From IMG/VR virus record IMGVR_UViG_3300046167_000873, positions 86,921 through 150,920 of that record: 64,000 bases of DNA. One strand, written 5' to 3'. Positions 37,484 through 47,807 of the stretch are shown piece by piece; within the stretch, counting starts at the first letter, position 1; each line of letters starts with the position of its first letter. Under the pieces are notes generated by a model. The model was not told where the DNA came from. It saw only the letters and a program-made list of their open reading frames with translations, and ran no database searches. Source of the DNA: a virus. A program made the translations under genes and the position numbers.

Positions 37484-38486
37484 TTGTTGTTGAGTAACTA
37501 AACATGGTTGATGGATCTACCTCAAAAGTTCTTGATTCTACGGTAGGATATCTATCACTCAATAATTGTAAAACGGCATTCCATTCATTTGCACGTGTTG
37601 GCCAACCATAAAACAAATTAGCGTATGACGCGGCTGATGCAGTTCTGGGCTTGATTACGTCGTAATTAGTTATGACACCATCTAACATATTATAAAACGT
37701 ACTAGCGTGTGCTGAGACGTCCTCATGCCATTGATACATCTCGGTCCAGTTTGCAGCTGTTTCGTAGAGAGCACCATAATTAGGATGAACGCAAATATTA
37801 CCAGCAGCCATTGCTTCCATGAGACATAAACATGACGTCTCTTGCCAAGTTGATGGGTATGCAAAGATGTGTGAATTTTGTAACGCAGTTCTAATTTCAC
37901 TATTACTTACAGTTCCATGATTTGTGACAGTTGGCAGTGATTCCAGTTTATCAAATACCATCTTATAATTTTCATCATTTTTGCCCCATCCATAAAGCTC
38001 AAATGAAGAGTAAACATCGAGAGTGATATTATCATGCTTTTCAAGAAGTTTCTCATAGACAGCAGCTAAAATATTAAGTCCACGATGCGGAGTACTATGA
38101 TAGATTAAATTAATTGTGTCTGTTGGTTTTTCCTTAGGCTCAATTGGTTGAATAGCATTTTGCAATACAAGACACTTAGACCACGGAATATTAAACCTAT
38201 TAATATATCCTTGGGCTTGCCAATTAGAAACGAAGACAAACATGTGAAACTGATGAATACTATCTGCAAACAAGTTATTTTCTGGATCCTCTGGTAAATC
38301 ATGGGCCCAAAAGATTCTAATCTTTTCTTCATCAAGTTCACGAACACGGCTTGATACTATTTGAAAGTCTTCAAGCCTTTCTTTAGGTATTACATCAAGT
38401 AATGCGTAATTGAGTAGTTCAGTACCACCTAATGAATTTTCATTTGTGTCATTTCTTTTAAATTCGCCGTCATAAATCTCAGCCAT
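37476..38486 (-). CDS. Glycosyltransferase (GT4/GT-B fold)
   Basis: GGTE, WAHD, FVSNWQ, YHSTPHRGL, FAYPSTWQETSCLCLMEAMAAG. Confidence 0.88.
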   Translation of the reverse strand: MAEIYDGEFKRNDTNENSLGGTELLNYALLDVIPKERLEDFQIVSSRVRELDEEKIRIFWAHDLPEDPENNLFADSIHQFHMFVFVSNWQAQGYINRFNIPWSKCLVLQNAIQPIEPKEKPTDTINLIYHSTPHRGLNILAAVYEKLLEKHDNITLDVYSSFELYGWGKNDENYKMVFDKLESLPTVTNHGTVSNSEIRTALQNSHIFAYPSTWQETSCLCLMEAMAAGNICVHPNYGALYETAANWTEMYQWHEDVSAHASTFYNMLDGVITNYDVIKPRTASAASYANLFYGWPTRANEWNAVLQLLSDRYPTVESRTFEVDPSTMFSYSTTNG

Positions 38487-38489
38487 AAC

Positions 38490-38678
38490 TTATTTTCCTA
38501 TCATCGTGTCACGATCTTTTTTAATGTTTGATTCTCGAACAGAGCGAACATCTGCAAGATTACCTTTCTTACTTTTATTGTCTAAAGAAAAAAGGCAGTA
38601 TATATAACCTGGTTTGCCAGCCTGTGCTATGGGATGCACAATTTCGTTTGTTTTTTTAACGCGCCAAATATCTAACAT
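38490..38678 (-). CDS. Hypothetical protein
   Basis: 62 aa ORF, GGAGA RBS. Confidence 0.65.
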   Translation of the reverse strand: MLDIWRVKKTNEIVHPIAQAGKPGYIYCLFSLDNKSKKGNLADVRSVRESNIKKDRDTMIGK

Positions 38679-38693
38679 AATAAATCTCCAAAT

Positions 38694-38918
38694 TTAATTC
38701 ATTTCAAGGTGAAGAATAGGATCATATACAAATTCATCATTAATGTACACAATCGGTGTTCCATGATCTACGTGCTCAGCATGGTCTTTCATAAAATCAT
38801 CGTAAGATAAATCTTCGTTTATTACTTGTTCTTTAAATGGCAATTTTTTCCATTGTAAATATTCTTTGACTGTATTGCACGCACCACAATCTTTTTGAGA
38901 TATAACTAGTATTTTCAT
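38694..38918 (-). CDS. Glutaredoxin (NrdC/NrdH-like)
   Basis: CGAC and GTPIVYIN motifs; near nrdAB. Confidence 0.85.
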   Translation of the reverse strand: MKILVISQKDCGACNTVKEYLQWKKLPFKEQVINEDLSYDDFMKDHAEHVDHGTPIVYINDEFVYDPILHLEMN

Positions 38919-39448
38919 TTTTGAAAATCCTCACTTTCTATATATTCTTTCCAATCTGGCCTGTTCTCGCCATTGATAATCACATATGGAAAATTTAAAT
39001 ATTGTTTTTCTTCAACAGATTCATCTACAAAAAAATCTTTTATGAACTTAGACGTAGGACCAACATCATCGTCTATTCTTACGACTTTATAGATTATCTC
39101 TTTTTCTCGCAAATACTCTTCAGTTTCTTTGCATCCTTTACAATTAGGTATTGATATTAAAGCAATAACATCAGATAATCTTCTGTGATACCAGCCTTTA
39201 GATTCTTCTATGTGTGTTTCTACACAACCATTTTCATAGTACGCAATAAAATCAGCAATGTATTTTCCATCAACATATACGGCTGGTGTGCCTTTTATAT
39301 TTGAAAATATACACTCTGCTTCTGGTACAGGAAGATCCCCATCAGGAGCAACACGATACGTTTTGTATTGTATATTATTCTGCTGGAAATATTTTTCTAG
39401 CTCAAGAGAAAATAGATCAAATGGTTGTATCAACATTGTTACTTTCAT
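38915..39448 (-). CDS. Tandem two-domain glutaredoxin-like protein
   Basis: Domain 1 has GTPAVYVDGKYI but no CxxC; domain 2 has CKGC..FPYVIING. Confidence 0.7.
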   Translation of the reverse strand: MKVTMLIQPFDLFSLELEKYFQQNNIQYKTYRVAPDGDLPVPEAECIFSNIKGTPAVYVDGKYIADFIAYYENGCVETHIEESKGWYHRRLSDVIALISIPNCKGCKETEEYLREKEIIYKVVRIDDDVGPTSKFIKDFFVDESVEEKQYLNFPYVIINGENRPDWKEYIESEDFQK

Positions 39449-39870
39449 AATTTCGTTAAATGCCTACCGTTAATTTTTCCACCAATAAAATCATTATAAT
39501 ATTCTTCACTAATGATTGCTTCGCTATCTACTTGATGCTTTAATTCATAGTAATTACATTGTGTTCTTGTGTAACACAATTCTAATACAGACCTTTTAAA
39601 TTGTAAACATCCATATTCTTCGATATCTGCTTTTAGTGAGTTGCTCGATCCATAATAATCTTTCCAGTCTGTCTCAACAATCTTTTTTCTTTTGCGAGTC
39701 TTACCTTTGAGCGGCGGGAGTTTGCGTGTAGCGAAGAAGAATTTTTTACCAATGTATTTTCGACCAGTTTCGATATGTTCAATTAGGTATACCATTCCGG
39801 TATACTCTTCAATATCTGCTGACTCCAGGGGTTTTCCGTTCAGCATCCAAGGGTTTTCGTATGTTGACAT
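39445..39870 (-). CDS. GIY-YIG endonuclease
   Basis: GMVYLI..TGRKYIGKK, WKDYYGSS, YYELK, YYN. Confidence 0.85.
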   Translation of the reverse strand: MSTYENPWMLNGKPLESADIEEYTGMVYLIEHIETGRKYIGKKFFFATRKLPPLKGKTRKRKKIVETDWKDYYGSSNSLKADIEEYGCLQFKRSVLELCYTRTQCNYYELKHQVDSEAIISEEYYNDFIGGKINGRHLTKL

Positions 39871-40303
39871 ATTTTATAATTACGTCCGCTTCTTCAAAGA
39901 GATGTTTTGTAAACTCGAAGCTCTCGTTCCACTTCGGTATGGTAAAACTTCCCTCATCAATAATGACTTCTTTGATGCCAACCTGTATAATACCTTTTGC
40001 ACATTCACTACAAATAGGAAGACCATACGCATAAAGTTTAGCACCGGCTAATGATATACCATTCAAACAAGCATTGTAGATACAATTCTTTTCTGCATGT
40101 ACTACATATTTATACTTAACTTCACGGTCTTCATAACGCTCTTCATCATCTGAAATACTACGAGGAAAGCCGTTGTATCCAGTAGATAAGACTTGGTGGT
40201 TATCACCAACGGCTACACAACCAATTTGCTTAGATGGATCTTTTGACCACTGCGAAACTTCCCTGGCCATCTCCATAAAACGTATATCCCATTTATCCAT
40301 CAT
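39809..40303 (-). CDS. cd: dCMP deaminase
   Basis: SKDP, TGYNGFPR, HAEKN, PICSECAK zinc motif. Confidence 0.93.
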   Translation of the reverse strand: MMDKWDIRFMEMAREVSQWSKDPSKQIGCVAVGDNHQVLSTGYNGFPRSISDDEERYEDREVKYKYVVHAEKNCIYNACLNGISLAGAKLYAYGLPICSECAKGIIQVGIKEVIIDEGSFTIPKWNESFEFTKHLFEEADVIIKYVNIRKPLDAERKTPGVSRY

Positions 40304-40306
40304 AAT

Positions 40307-40834
40307 TTAATGCTCTTTAATATACCAACTCGCAATTGTAAATCTAAAATAATCTGCCTTATAAGAATATGTAGCAGCACAATGATTCATTTCACCATCA
40401 AACGCAACAATCCTTCCTGGTCTATAGTTGCATACATGTCTTACTTCATCTGAATGGCTATCCCAAAACTTAAGTTCACCACCCCATGCGCTATCCCATT
40501 GCATGTTAACCATGTATAAACAAGTGACTAACTGGTTTTTTCTATCGCCAAATTGATCACGGTGTGCTCTGTTAACAGCACCTGGTACTCCACAATTGAT
40601 GACTGTTTGTACGAGCTGATGATGTTCAATATCTTCTTTAAACACATTCCTAAAATAGCCGTCTAATAAACCTGCTATATGCGAATCATTAACAACCTTA
40701 TGGAGAAAAATATCTTGGGTGTATGTGTCATCTTTCCACCCAAGATGATAGTTCTCTTGCATGCAATGTTCGAACAATTTATGACGATGATCCATACTCA
40801 AAACATTATCATGAATTTTTACCTTCACCTTCAA
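40307..40834 (-). CDS. 2OG-Fe(II) oxygenase
   Basis: HRD, W..AWGGEL, PGRIVAFDG..H, RFTIA. Confidence 0.88.
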   Translation of the reverse strand: MKVKVKIHDNVLSMDHRHKLFEHCMQENYHLGWKDDTYTQDIFLHKVVNDSHIAGLLDGYFRNVFKEDIEHHQLVQTVINCGVPGAVNRAHRDQFGDRKNQLVTCLYMVNMQWDSAWGGELKFWDSHSDEVRHVCNYRPGRIVAFDGEMNHCAATYSYKADYFRFTIASWYIKEH

Positions 40835-40986
40835 TCATCTTCTATATCTTCATCCATATCTGAAAGCAACGCACTACACATTGGACAATATAATATTTCT
40901 AGTTCTTCAGTTTCGTAATTTGTCTGCTTGACAATAACATCGCTTTTAATTTCACACGACAGACAATTAATTGTTTTCTTATACAT
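40831..40986 (-). CDS. Small zinc-ribbon protein (51 aa)
   Basis: Manual translation MYKKTINCLSCEIK...LYCPMCSALLSDMDEDIEDD*. Confidence 0.7.
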   Translation of the reverse strand: MYKKTINCLSCEIKSDVIVKQTNYETEELEILYCPMCSALLSDMDEDIEDD

Positions 40987-40995
40987 TATTATACC

Positions 40996-42081
40996 CTAAA
41001 ATGAAAAATCTTTAAACGTATCATCATCAAGATCCTTTTTAATACCACCAATTATATATGATGTAATTTCTGTTTCTTGTGGTGCTACTTGTACTTCGCC
41101 GCCACCGATCCATTTCTCCGTCCATGGCAATGGATTAGTAGATACACGAGGACCTAAGGCAATCGCATGTAAACGCTTAGCAACAATAAAGTCTACATAT
41201 TCAGCCAATAAAGTTTCGTTTAAACCAATCATTGATCCGCCACTAAATAAATAAGATGCCCATGTTTTTTCTTGTTCGCCGACATCAGTAAAGATCTGAC
41301 GTACTTCGTCCGCGCAGTCTTCAGCGATCTTCTCAAAATCTTTATCTTCTCTTGGCAACAATTTAATCAACTGTTGTGTTGATGCCATGTGAATATTTTC
41401 ATCGCGAGCAATAAACTTAATAATCTTCGCATTACCCTCCATCTTCTTCAATTCAGCAAACGCCCATGAGCATGCAAATGAAACATAGAAGCGCACACCT
41501 TCAAGCGCATTGACAGCATTTAAACACAACCATAAAAGCTTTTTATGTTCATATAAATCATATTTTGCTTTTTGTGTTACTGCATGATTTGTTGTATATT
41601 CCATCAGCAAATCATAATATTTAGAAATAGAACTAGCGCACTCGGCAATCTCTTTAATATCGAGCATCTCATCAAATACTTTAGATGGATCATTATAGAT
41701 GTTACGGATAATGTGAGTATACGACCGTGAATGAATCGTTTCAAAAAATGACCAAGTGACCAACCAATTCTCAAGTTCAGGTAAAGAACAGATCGGCAAA
41801 AATGCTTCAACCGGGCCTCGACCTTGTACTGAGTCAAGTAAAATCTGTCTTTTAAGATTACTTGTAAATATATGTTGTTCATGTTGAGTTAGCGTTTTAA
41901 AATCTTTGCTGTCACGGCTCACATCAACTTCTTCAGGCCTCCAAAAGAAACCAAGCTGCTTTTCAGTTAATTTCTCGAATATGCTATAACGTTGCTTGTC
42001 GTAACGAGCAATATTAACCGATTCACCAAAGAACGCTGGTTGTGTTGTAGCATCTATCTTTTTTGTATCGAATACCGACAC
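40996..42081 (-). CDS. nrdB: Ribonucleotide reductase class Ia beta subunit
   Basis: FFWRPEEV, QILLDSVQGR, ETIHSRSY, LEGVRFYVSFAC, IARDENIH, VAPQETE. Confidence 0.98.
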   Translation of the reverse strand: MSVFDTKKIDATTQPAFFGESVNIARYDKQRYSIFEKLTEKQLGFFWRPEEVDVSRDSKDFKTLTQHEQHIFTSNLKRQILLDSVQGRGPVEAFLPICSLPELENWLVTWSFFETIHSRSYTHIIRNIYNDPSKVFDEMLDIKEIAECASSISKYYDLLMEYTTNHAVTQKAKYDLYEHKKLLWLCLNAVNALEGVRFYVSFACSWAFAELKKMEGNAKIIKFIARDENIHMASTQQLIKLLPREDKDFEKIAEDCADEVRQIFTDVGEQEKTWASYLFSGGSMIGLNETLLAEYVDFIVAKRLHAIALGPRVSTNPLPWTEKWIGGGEVQVAPQETEITSYIIGGIKKDLDDDTFKDFSF

Positions 42082-42099
42082 TTATACCTCCTATATTCC

Positions 42100-44409
42100 T
42101 TAAAGTTTACACGCATCGCAGTCTTCAGGATTTCTCCAATCACATGCTTGCGGTTCTTCTTCTGCTTCTGCTTCTTGGTTTGATGATACTATTTCGCCAG
42201 CACCGTCATATGTTTGAAAATAATATAGTTGCTTACCACCATACTTGTAAAACATTAACATATGTTGTAGCATATCTGACAATGGTATTTTTTCATCTTT
42301 AAAGTGTAAAGGATTATAAGAAGTATTTACAGATATGCCTTGATCGATAAACTTCTGCAATACAGCCATAATCTTAAGATAACCTATAGGAGACGTTTGA
42401 TCCCACAACAAGTCATATTTATTTTTTAGATTTCGTATGTTAGGAACAACCTGCTTTAGAACGCCATCCTTGGATTGCTTAATGCTCACAAGAGATCGTG
42501 GTGGCTCAATGCCGTTAGTACTATTACTAATCTGTGCTGATGTCTCAGCGGGCATCAGGGCCATCAGAGTAGAGTTACGAATACCATACTTTCTAAGTTG
42601 ATTGCGCAAAGATTCCCAATCTAGCTTATATACTGGTTTAACTAATTCATCAACAGTTGTTTTGTAAGTATCGATAGGCAGTTGACCTAAACTATATTTT
42701 GTTTCATTAGACTTACTACACGCACCTTTGTCTTGCGCTATATCGGCAGATGCCTTAATAAGACAGTACGACCATGCTTCGGCGTATTCATGAATCAACT
42801 CAAGATTAGGGTCTTGATAGTTTGTATTATTCTTTGCTAACCAATACGCAAAGTTGATAATACCAATACCCAAAGGTCGGCGAGCTTCTGTTCCAAGCTG
42901 CGCAGCAATGACTGGATAATTCTGATAATCAAGAAGTGCATCAAGTGCCATTACCAAAATAGTACATGGCTTGAAGAAATCTTCAGGCGCTTTGATGTTG
43001 CCCCAATTGACAGCGGCAAGAGTACAAAGACTAATCTCACCATTAGGATCGTTAAGATCATTCAATGGCTTTGTCGGTAGATTAATCTCACAACAAAGGT
43101 TGCTCATACGAATAGGTGCTTTTTCTTTAATGAACGCACCATGATCGTTGGCGTTATCAACGTTCATTAAATAGATTCTACCAGTATCTTTACGTTCTTG
43201 CATGAACGCAGCAAATAGATCACGTGCAGCAACCGTCTTCTTACGAATCGATGTCTTACGTTCAGCCTGTTCATACAAAGTTCTAAACGCATCAACATCA
43301 GTAAAGAATGTTTCGTACAATTCAGGAACTTCATTTGGACAGAAAAGTGTGATGTTCTGCCCTTTTACAAGACGTTCATACATAACCTGATTAAACTGTA
43401 CGCCATAATCAAGATGACGTACTCGGTTGTCTTCGGTACCTTTGTTGTTCTTAAGAACCAATAGGTCTTCTACTTCCAAGTGCCAGAGTGGATAATAGAG
43501 AGTAGCCGCACCTCCGCGGACGCCACCTTGGCTGCAAGACTTGACAGCACTTTGAAAATACTTATAGAAAGGTATAGACCCAGTGTGACTGGTATCGCCA
43601 TCCCGAATAGCAGAACCCAGAGAACGAATGCGACCAGCGCCGATACCGATTCCGGCTTTTTGAGATACATATTTAACAATGGAGGATGCTGTTGCATTGA
43701 TAGAATCCAATGAGTCATCAGTTTCGATGAGAACACATGATGAGAACTGTCGCTGACTCGTACGAACTCCCGCCATGATAGGTGTAGGTAAACTAATATC
43801 AAAATTAGATAGAGCGTTATACAGATCACCAGCGTAAAACATCCTGTTAACACCGTAATTGTGGAATAGACACATAGCAATACACATCATTGCCATTTGT
43901 GGTGTTTCGTATATATCATTAGTGACACGATTTTTTACTAAGTACTTACCACGCATTTGTTCCATTGCTGCGTAAGTAAGATTAAAATCGCGTGTGTGAT
44001 CAATTTTAGATTCTAAGTACTTGTATTCTTCGTCGGTGTATCCTAGCTCAGGATCTAAAAAGATTTCGTCATATGTTCCTTTGCTAACACAATTTTGGAT
44101 GTGTTCTTTTAATGAAGGCGGATCAAACTGACCATAAACTTCTTTGCGTAATCCATAATTAATCAGGCGACCTGCAACATATTGATAGTTTGGTGCTTCT
44201 TCACTAATCATATCAGCAGCAGCTTTAATCAATGTTTCTTGAATATCTGTTGTACTAATATTATTATAGAACTGGATATGTGTTTTTATTTCTAACTCAG
44301 AAACAGAGACACCAGTTAAATCTTCACAAGCAAACCTAGTAACCCTGTGAAACTTTTCAAGATCAATTACTTCTTTCTTACCATTTCTCTTTACTACATT
44401 AATTTCCAT
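42100..44409 (-). CDS. nrdA: Ribonucleotide reductase class Ia alpha subunit
   Basis: ATP cone, PTPIMAG, FSSCVL, CSQGGVRGG, SNLCCEI, SNSTNGIEP, C-terminal CDAC. Confidence 0.98.
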   Translation of the reverse strand: MEINVVKRNGKKEVIDLEKFHRVTRFACEDLTGVSVSELEIKTHIQFYNNISTTDIQETLIKAAADMISEEAPNYQYVAGRLINYGLRKEVYGQFDPPSLKEHIQNCVSKGTYDEIFLDPELGYTDEEYKYLESKIDHTRDFNLTYAAMEQMRGKYLVKNRVTNDIYETPQMAMMCIAMCLFHNYGVNRMFYAGDLYNALSNFDISLPTPIMAGVRTSQRQFSSCVLIETDDSLDSINATASSIVKYVSQKAGIGIGAGRIRSLGSAIRDGDTSHTGSIPFYKYFQSAVKSCSQGGVRGGAATLYYPLWHLEVEDLLVLKNNKGTEDNRVRHLDYGVQFNQVMYERLVKGQNITLFCPNEVPELYETFFTDVDAFRTLYEQAERKTSIRKKTVAARDLFAAFMQERKDTGRIYLMNVDNANDHGAFIKEKAPIRMSNLCCEINLPTKPLNDLNDPNGEISLCTLAAVNWGNIKAPEDFFKPCTILVMALDALLDYQNYPVIAAQLGTEARRPLGIGIINFAYWLAKNNTNYQDPNLELIHEYAEAWSYCLIKASADIAQDKGACSKSNETKYSLGQLPIDTYKTTVDELVKPVYKLDWESLRNQLRKYGIRNSTLMALMPAETSAQISNSTNGIEPPRSLVSIKQSKDGVLKQVVPNIRNLKNKYDLLWDQTSPIGYLKIMAVLQKFIDQGISVNTSYNPLHFKDEKIPLSDMLQHMLMFYKYGGKQLYYFQTYDGAGEIVSSNQEAEAEEEPQACDWRNPEDCDACKL

Positions 44410-44420
44410 TGACGTCTCTC

Positions 44421-44639
44421 TTATTCTTCATCTTCATCTGTTTCTTCGTTAATTTCAACATCATATGAGTATTTTATACCATATAATTGTTCTAGTGAAT
44501 TAAAACAACTGCGAATGCCATCGGTTGCACCTAGTTGATAACCAATATTATTGCCTTTATAATAACCCATTGTTCTGCCTATCATAAAAGCAATGAATAT
44601 TGTACCTAAGGTTGCAAGCGCGTGCTCAGTACTACTCAT
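44421..44639 (-). CDS. Hypothetical membrane-anchored protein
   Basis: N-terminal hydrophobic helix, GxxxG repeats, acidic tail. Confidence 0.65.
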   Translation of the reverse strand: MSSTEHALATLGTIFIAFMIGRTMGYYKGNNIGYQLGATDGIRSCFNSLEQLYGIKYSYDVEINEETDEDEE

Positions 44640-44902
44640 CTAAAACACCTTCTTCTAAGTTTTTAAATTCGCCATAGCCTTCAACAAAGTTTTCACACAA
44701 GTCTTCAGCAAAACCAAGTGCATGATCATAGACGAGCCGTGTGGCCCACAGAGTCAATTCTTGCCTTCTCGCTAACTTTGTACAAACGACAAATATAACG
44801 AGCTTTTGGTGGATTAGTCAAGGACATAATACTATCTTTTGAAAGGATAGCTTTACGTGACTTATCTTGCGCGTAATATTGGGATACCGTTTCTTCTGTC
44901 AT
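44632..44902 (-). CDS. Hypothetical protein (apparent one-base insertion near 44765)
   Basis: MTEETVSQYY...YKVSEK then shifted frame QELTLWATRLVYDHALGFAEDLCENFVEGYGE..DE*; span is 3n+1 and fills the gap. Confidence 0.55.
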
Positions 44903-45918
44903 GCTTTTCTCCATGCTGTGAATATCAGTTTTGCTTCTAAACCAGATGATATATTACACTGTAATAACTCATTAATGATACCAATTTCATTATTTAATAC
45001 CATATCATTAATATCTTTAGAATTTATCCATTCAGGAAATATAACAATGCTGTATCCTTTATCTATTACTCTTTCCATTCTTTGGCATGTTTCTTTTGAT
45101 CGGGGTTCATTATCAAAAACAAACACTGAATTTTCGTTCACCAAATCATAATTTATAGATGCACCTGACATAGCGATACTATTATCTACGAACATCGAAT
45201 CGATAGGTCCCTCGAGAATATAGTGGGTTTTAGACCTATCACACTTGTCTAATCCGAAAGCTTTTGGCTTTGTTTTATCAAGCATTATAGTTATATATCT
45301 AAGACCTGACGGACGAAGGGAGCGCCCCTGAAAACCAAATAAAGATGAATCTTCATCTAAAAACGGAATGATAATGCGTGGTTCATCTTCACCAGGTTTT
45401 TTCGCTAAAAGGCTTTCATCGATATTCATTACCCATTCCATGAATTTTGGGGCATAGAATAGTCTATGGTGAGCAGTCGTTGGTATTTTTCTTGATACAA
45501 CATACTGCTTAACAGGATGGTGGTGTGGAAGCTGAGAGATTTTCTTTAGCTTCGCAAGAGGACTTAATTTAACAAACGTAGGGGGTTTCATCTTTGCTGC
45601 AAATATTTCAGCTTCAGACTTAACTCTTTTCTTAGAACCACCGGATTCGATTAACTTTTCTCTCACAAACTCTTGGTAGAGATTAGGATCAACCATTTCG
45701 ATGAGTTTATCGATACTTAGTGTTATAGAACAATTATGACAATGGTACAATAAACCAGAGGTTTTTGTATTTGGAAATATCCACCCTCTAGCTTTATATT
45801 TGTTTTTAAGGGAATCACCACATGCCGGACAGCGGAAGTTATACGTATCTTGCTTCTTCCTTTTAAACATGTCCAATCGGTTAGACATCAAACCTATATA
45901 CTTCTGTTCAAGCCACAT
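44899..45918 (-). CDS. gp61: DNA primase gp61
   Basis: NFRCPACGDS..YHCHNC zinc finger, RIIIP, GFQGRSL, ILEGPIDSMF, FDNEPR, KDINDM. Confidence 0.96.
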   Translation of the reverse strand: MWLEQKYIGLMSNRLDMFKRKKQDTYNFRCPACGDSLKNKYKARGWIFPNTKTSGLLYHCHNCSITLSIDKLIEMVDPNLYQEFVREKLIESGGSKKRVKSEAEIFAAKMKPPTFVKLSPLAKLKKISQLPHHHPVKQYVVSRKIPTTAHHRLFYAPKFMEWVMNIDESLLAKKPGEDEPRIIIPFLDEDSSLFGFQGRSLRPSGLRYITIMLDKTKPKAFGLDKCDRSKTHYILEGPIDSMFVDNSIAMSGASINYDLVNENSVFVFDNEPRSKETCQRMERVIDKGYSIVIFPEWINSKDINDMVLNNEIGIINELLQCNISSGLEAKLIFTAWRKA

Positions 45919-45968
45919 ACTATATAATCCTTTAAGTTTTACACTCTTAAAGAGATTCTAACACGCAA

Positions 45969-46433
45969 TTACAATAAATGGAACACATTATTTCCTACGT
46001 ATGCTGAAAAACCAGTAATGAATACCCAGAAAGCTCTGTTGATTAGAGTTGTAGTACGGTGTACTTCAGCTGTCTTCAGCTCTAGATCAGCAATACGGGT
46101 TTTTTGTTCTTGGCGATCTTCTTCACATTGTTGGTTATCTTGATCAAAGTGGCTCTTAAGAAGATTGTACTTACCGATCTGCACTGATATCTCTTCTTTT
46201 AGATGATCAATCTCTTCAGAATGGCGATTCAAGCGATTCCAGTAGTCGACCTTATTAATTTCTATTTGTGCAACTCTTTCTTCTACGCGCGCAGATTCTA
46301 CTCTTGCAGTGGCAAGAGCTTCCATGATTTTATCTAGCTTATCATTTAATGCGTCTAAGCGTACAACAGTTTGCTCTAACCGTTGATAATAACGGTTGCT
46401 CTCTATATCAGACATATCGGTTATATTATCCAT
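45969..46433 (-). CDS. Coiled-coil protein with C-terminal transmembrane helix (possible lysis accessory)
   Basis: Heptad-rich body and terminal AFWVFITGFSAYVG; next to a holin-like gene. Confidence 0.6.
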   Translation of the reverse strand: MDNITDMSDIESNRYYQRLEQTVVRLDALNDKLDKIMEALATARVESARVEERVAQIEINKVDYWNRLNRHSEEIDHLKEEISVQIGKYNLLKSHFDQDNQQCEEDRQEQKTRIADLELKTAEVHRTTTLINRAFWVFITGFSAYVGNNVFHLL

Positions 46434-46895
46434 TTAAGGTCGATTAAAAATATTTTTTTCTAATGCTCTCGATCCAAACCAAAATGATATAATTGCGGCG
46501 AAAATAGCCTGAGTTTCTGGATCCCAAACAATCAATATTGCCGTTTGGAAATCTTGTGTTTCTGTTGCAGCCACTAGAGATGAAATCTTAACCGCGGCGA
46601 ACAACCCAAAAAATAAATAAGTTATAACAGGTCTTACACTCTTTCTTAACCAAGACAAAGGACCTGTGTCTTTCTGCATTGCTGTGTCGTGCGCAATCAA
46701 TCTTTGGTGTTCATTATCCAGTGCCATGGCTTGAAACTTCATCAGATCGATGTCTGCATTCTTCTCAGCCATCGTCATCTGCATTCTCATAATTTCAAGT
46801 TGCTTCTTATTATCTTCCTTCTTGCCAAAGTGATTAATTACACTTGGAACAGTGGATCCTAAGAAACCTACTATTGAACCCAATAAAGTTAACAT
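46434..46895 (-). CDS. Putative holin (GTA-type 3TM holin family)
   Basis: MLTLLGSIVGFLGS, LRKSVRPVITY, AAIISFWFGSR. Confidence 0.7.
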   Translation of the reverse strand: MLTLLGSIVGFLGSTVPSVINHFGKKEDNKKQLEIMRMQMTMAEKNADIDLMKFQAMALDNEHQRLIAHDTAMQKDTGPLSWLRKSVRPVITYLFFGLFAAVKISSLVAATETQDFQTAILIVWDPETQAIFAAIISFWFGSRALEKNIFNRP

Positions 46896-47407
46896 TACTT
46901 CATCATCTTAGATTGAAGTAGTCGTCGGCCACCGACTTCAATATAATTTCTTGTCAGTACCTGCGTCTTTCTTTTCTTTTTAATTCCTGGCTCACCATCA
47001 GGACCAACACCGATACCAGCAACCTGACCTGATCCCGCTGTATTCACTGGCGCTTCTTCTATAATCATTTGAGCTTCATCCATATACTTGTTCAATGTTT
47101 CTTCTAAGTAATCAAGATCATCTGCGTCAATGTTCTCTTCTCTTATAAGCAACAATGCTGCAGCAAATGAAGCAAGTCTTGTTTTGCCCGCAGGTAATTT
47201 ACCTAAAAGCTTTTTAAGGTTAGCAACTAAACGATCAAAGTATCCCCAAGATTTATCTTGATCAATACTCCTATTTTGTTTTGATACAATAACCTTTCCA
47301 TCTTTATCAATGACACCAGACTTATATGCATCCCATTTTTCAAAAGGCGTAACCAGTCTCCGAAGAAAACTGTATATTAATCCTATGTCTATTGCGCCCT
47401 TTGCCAT
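46895..47407 (-). CDS. Conserved T4-like hypothetical (probable virion) protein
   Basis: FLRRLVTPFEKWDAYKSGVIDKDG, RLVANLKKLL, ASFAAALLLIRE, then an EEAPVN..G..AG module. Confidence 0.75.
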   Translation of the reverse strand: MAKGAIDIGLIYSFLRRLVTPFEKWDAYKSGVIDKDGKVIVSKQNRSIDQDKSWGYFDRLVANLKKLLGKLPAGKTRLASFAAALLLIREENIDADDLDYLEETLNKYMDEAQMIIEEAPVNTAGSGQVAGIGVGPDGEPGIKKKRKTQVLTRNYIEVGGRRLLQSKMMK

Positions 47408-47796
47408 TATAGTTCCCTTAAAAGTTTTACTATATTAATATCAACTCCAATATCGTTTGATATTATATGGTTGCCTTCAGTTTCAATATGCTGTACTACT
47501 TCTGGCATCTTCGATAAAAACAACAAAAACGTTTTTAGTATCGGCCAATGATGACGGTCAATTTTAAAAAATAACATTCTTGTTGCACCATCATGTTGAA
47601 AAACGTTATATAGAGTAATCAAATGATTTAATATAAGCCTTTCTTTTAAATCATCATTTTTTTGATAACGAGAAAAAAGTCTTTTAAGATACTTAAATCT
47701 TTTTAGATCGTCATAAAACTCTTCAGTGTCATAACAAACGCTTGTATAATTTGCAGCAGCATATAATAAAAAATTAGATTCAGTCAATACCTTCAT
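47407..47796 (-). CDS. Conserved T4-like hypothetical protein
   Basis: NFLLYAA.NY, EFYDDLKRFKYLKRL, ERLILNHLI.LYNVF. Confidence 0.8.
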   Translation of the reverse strand: MKVLTESNFLLYAAANYTSVCYDTEEFYDDLKRFKYLKRLFSRYQKNDDLKERLILNHLITLYNVFQHDGATRMLFFKIDRHHWPILKTFLLFLSKMPEVVQHIETEGNHIISNDIGVDINIVKLLREL

Positions 47797-47807
47797 AACC
47801 TACCTTA

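Noticed and set aside
40996-44409. Introns or inteins in nrdA and nrdB
   Set aside because: Both ORFs are continuous and of normal class Ia length.
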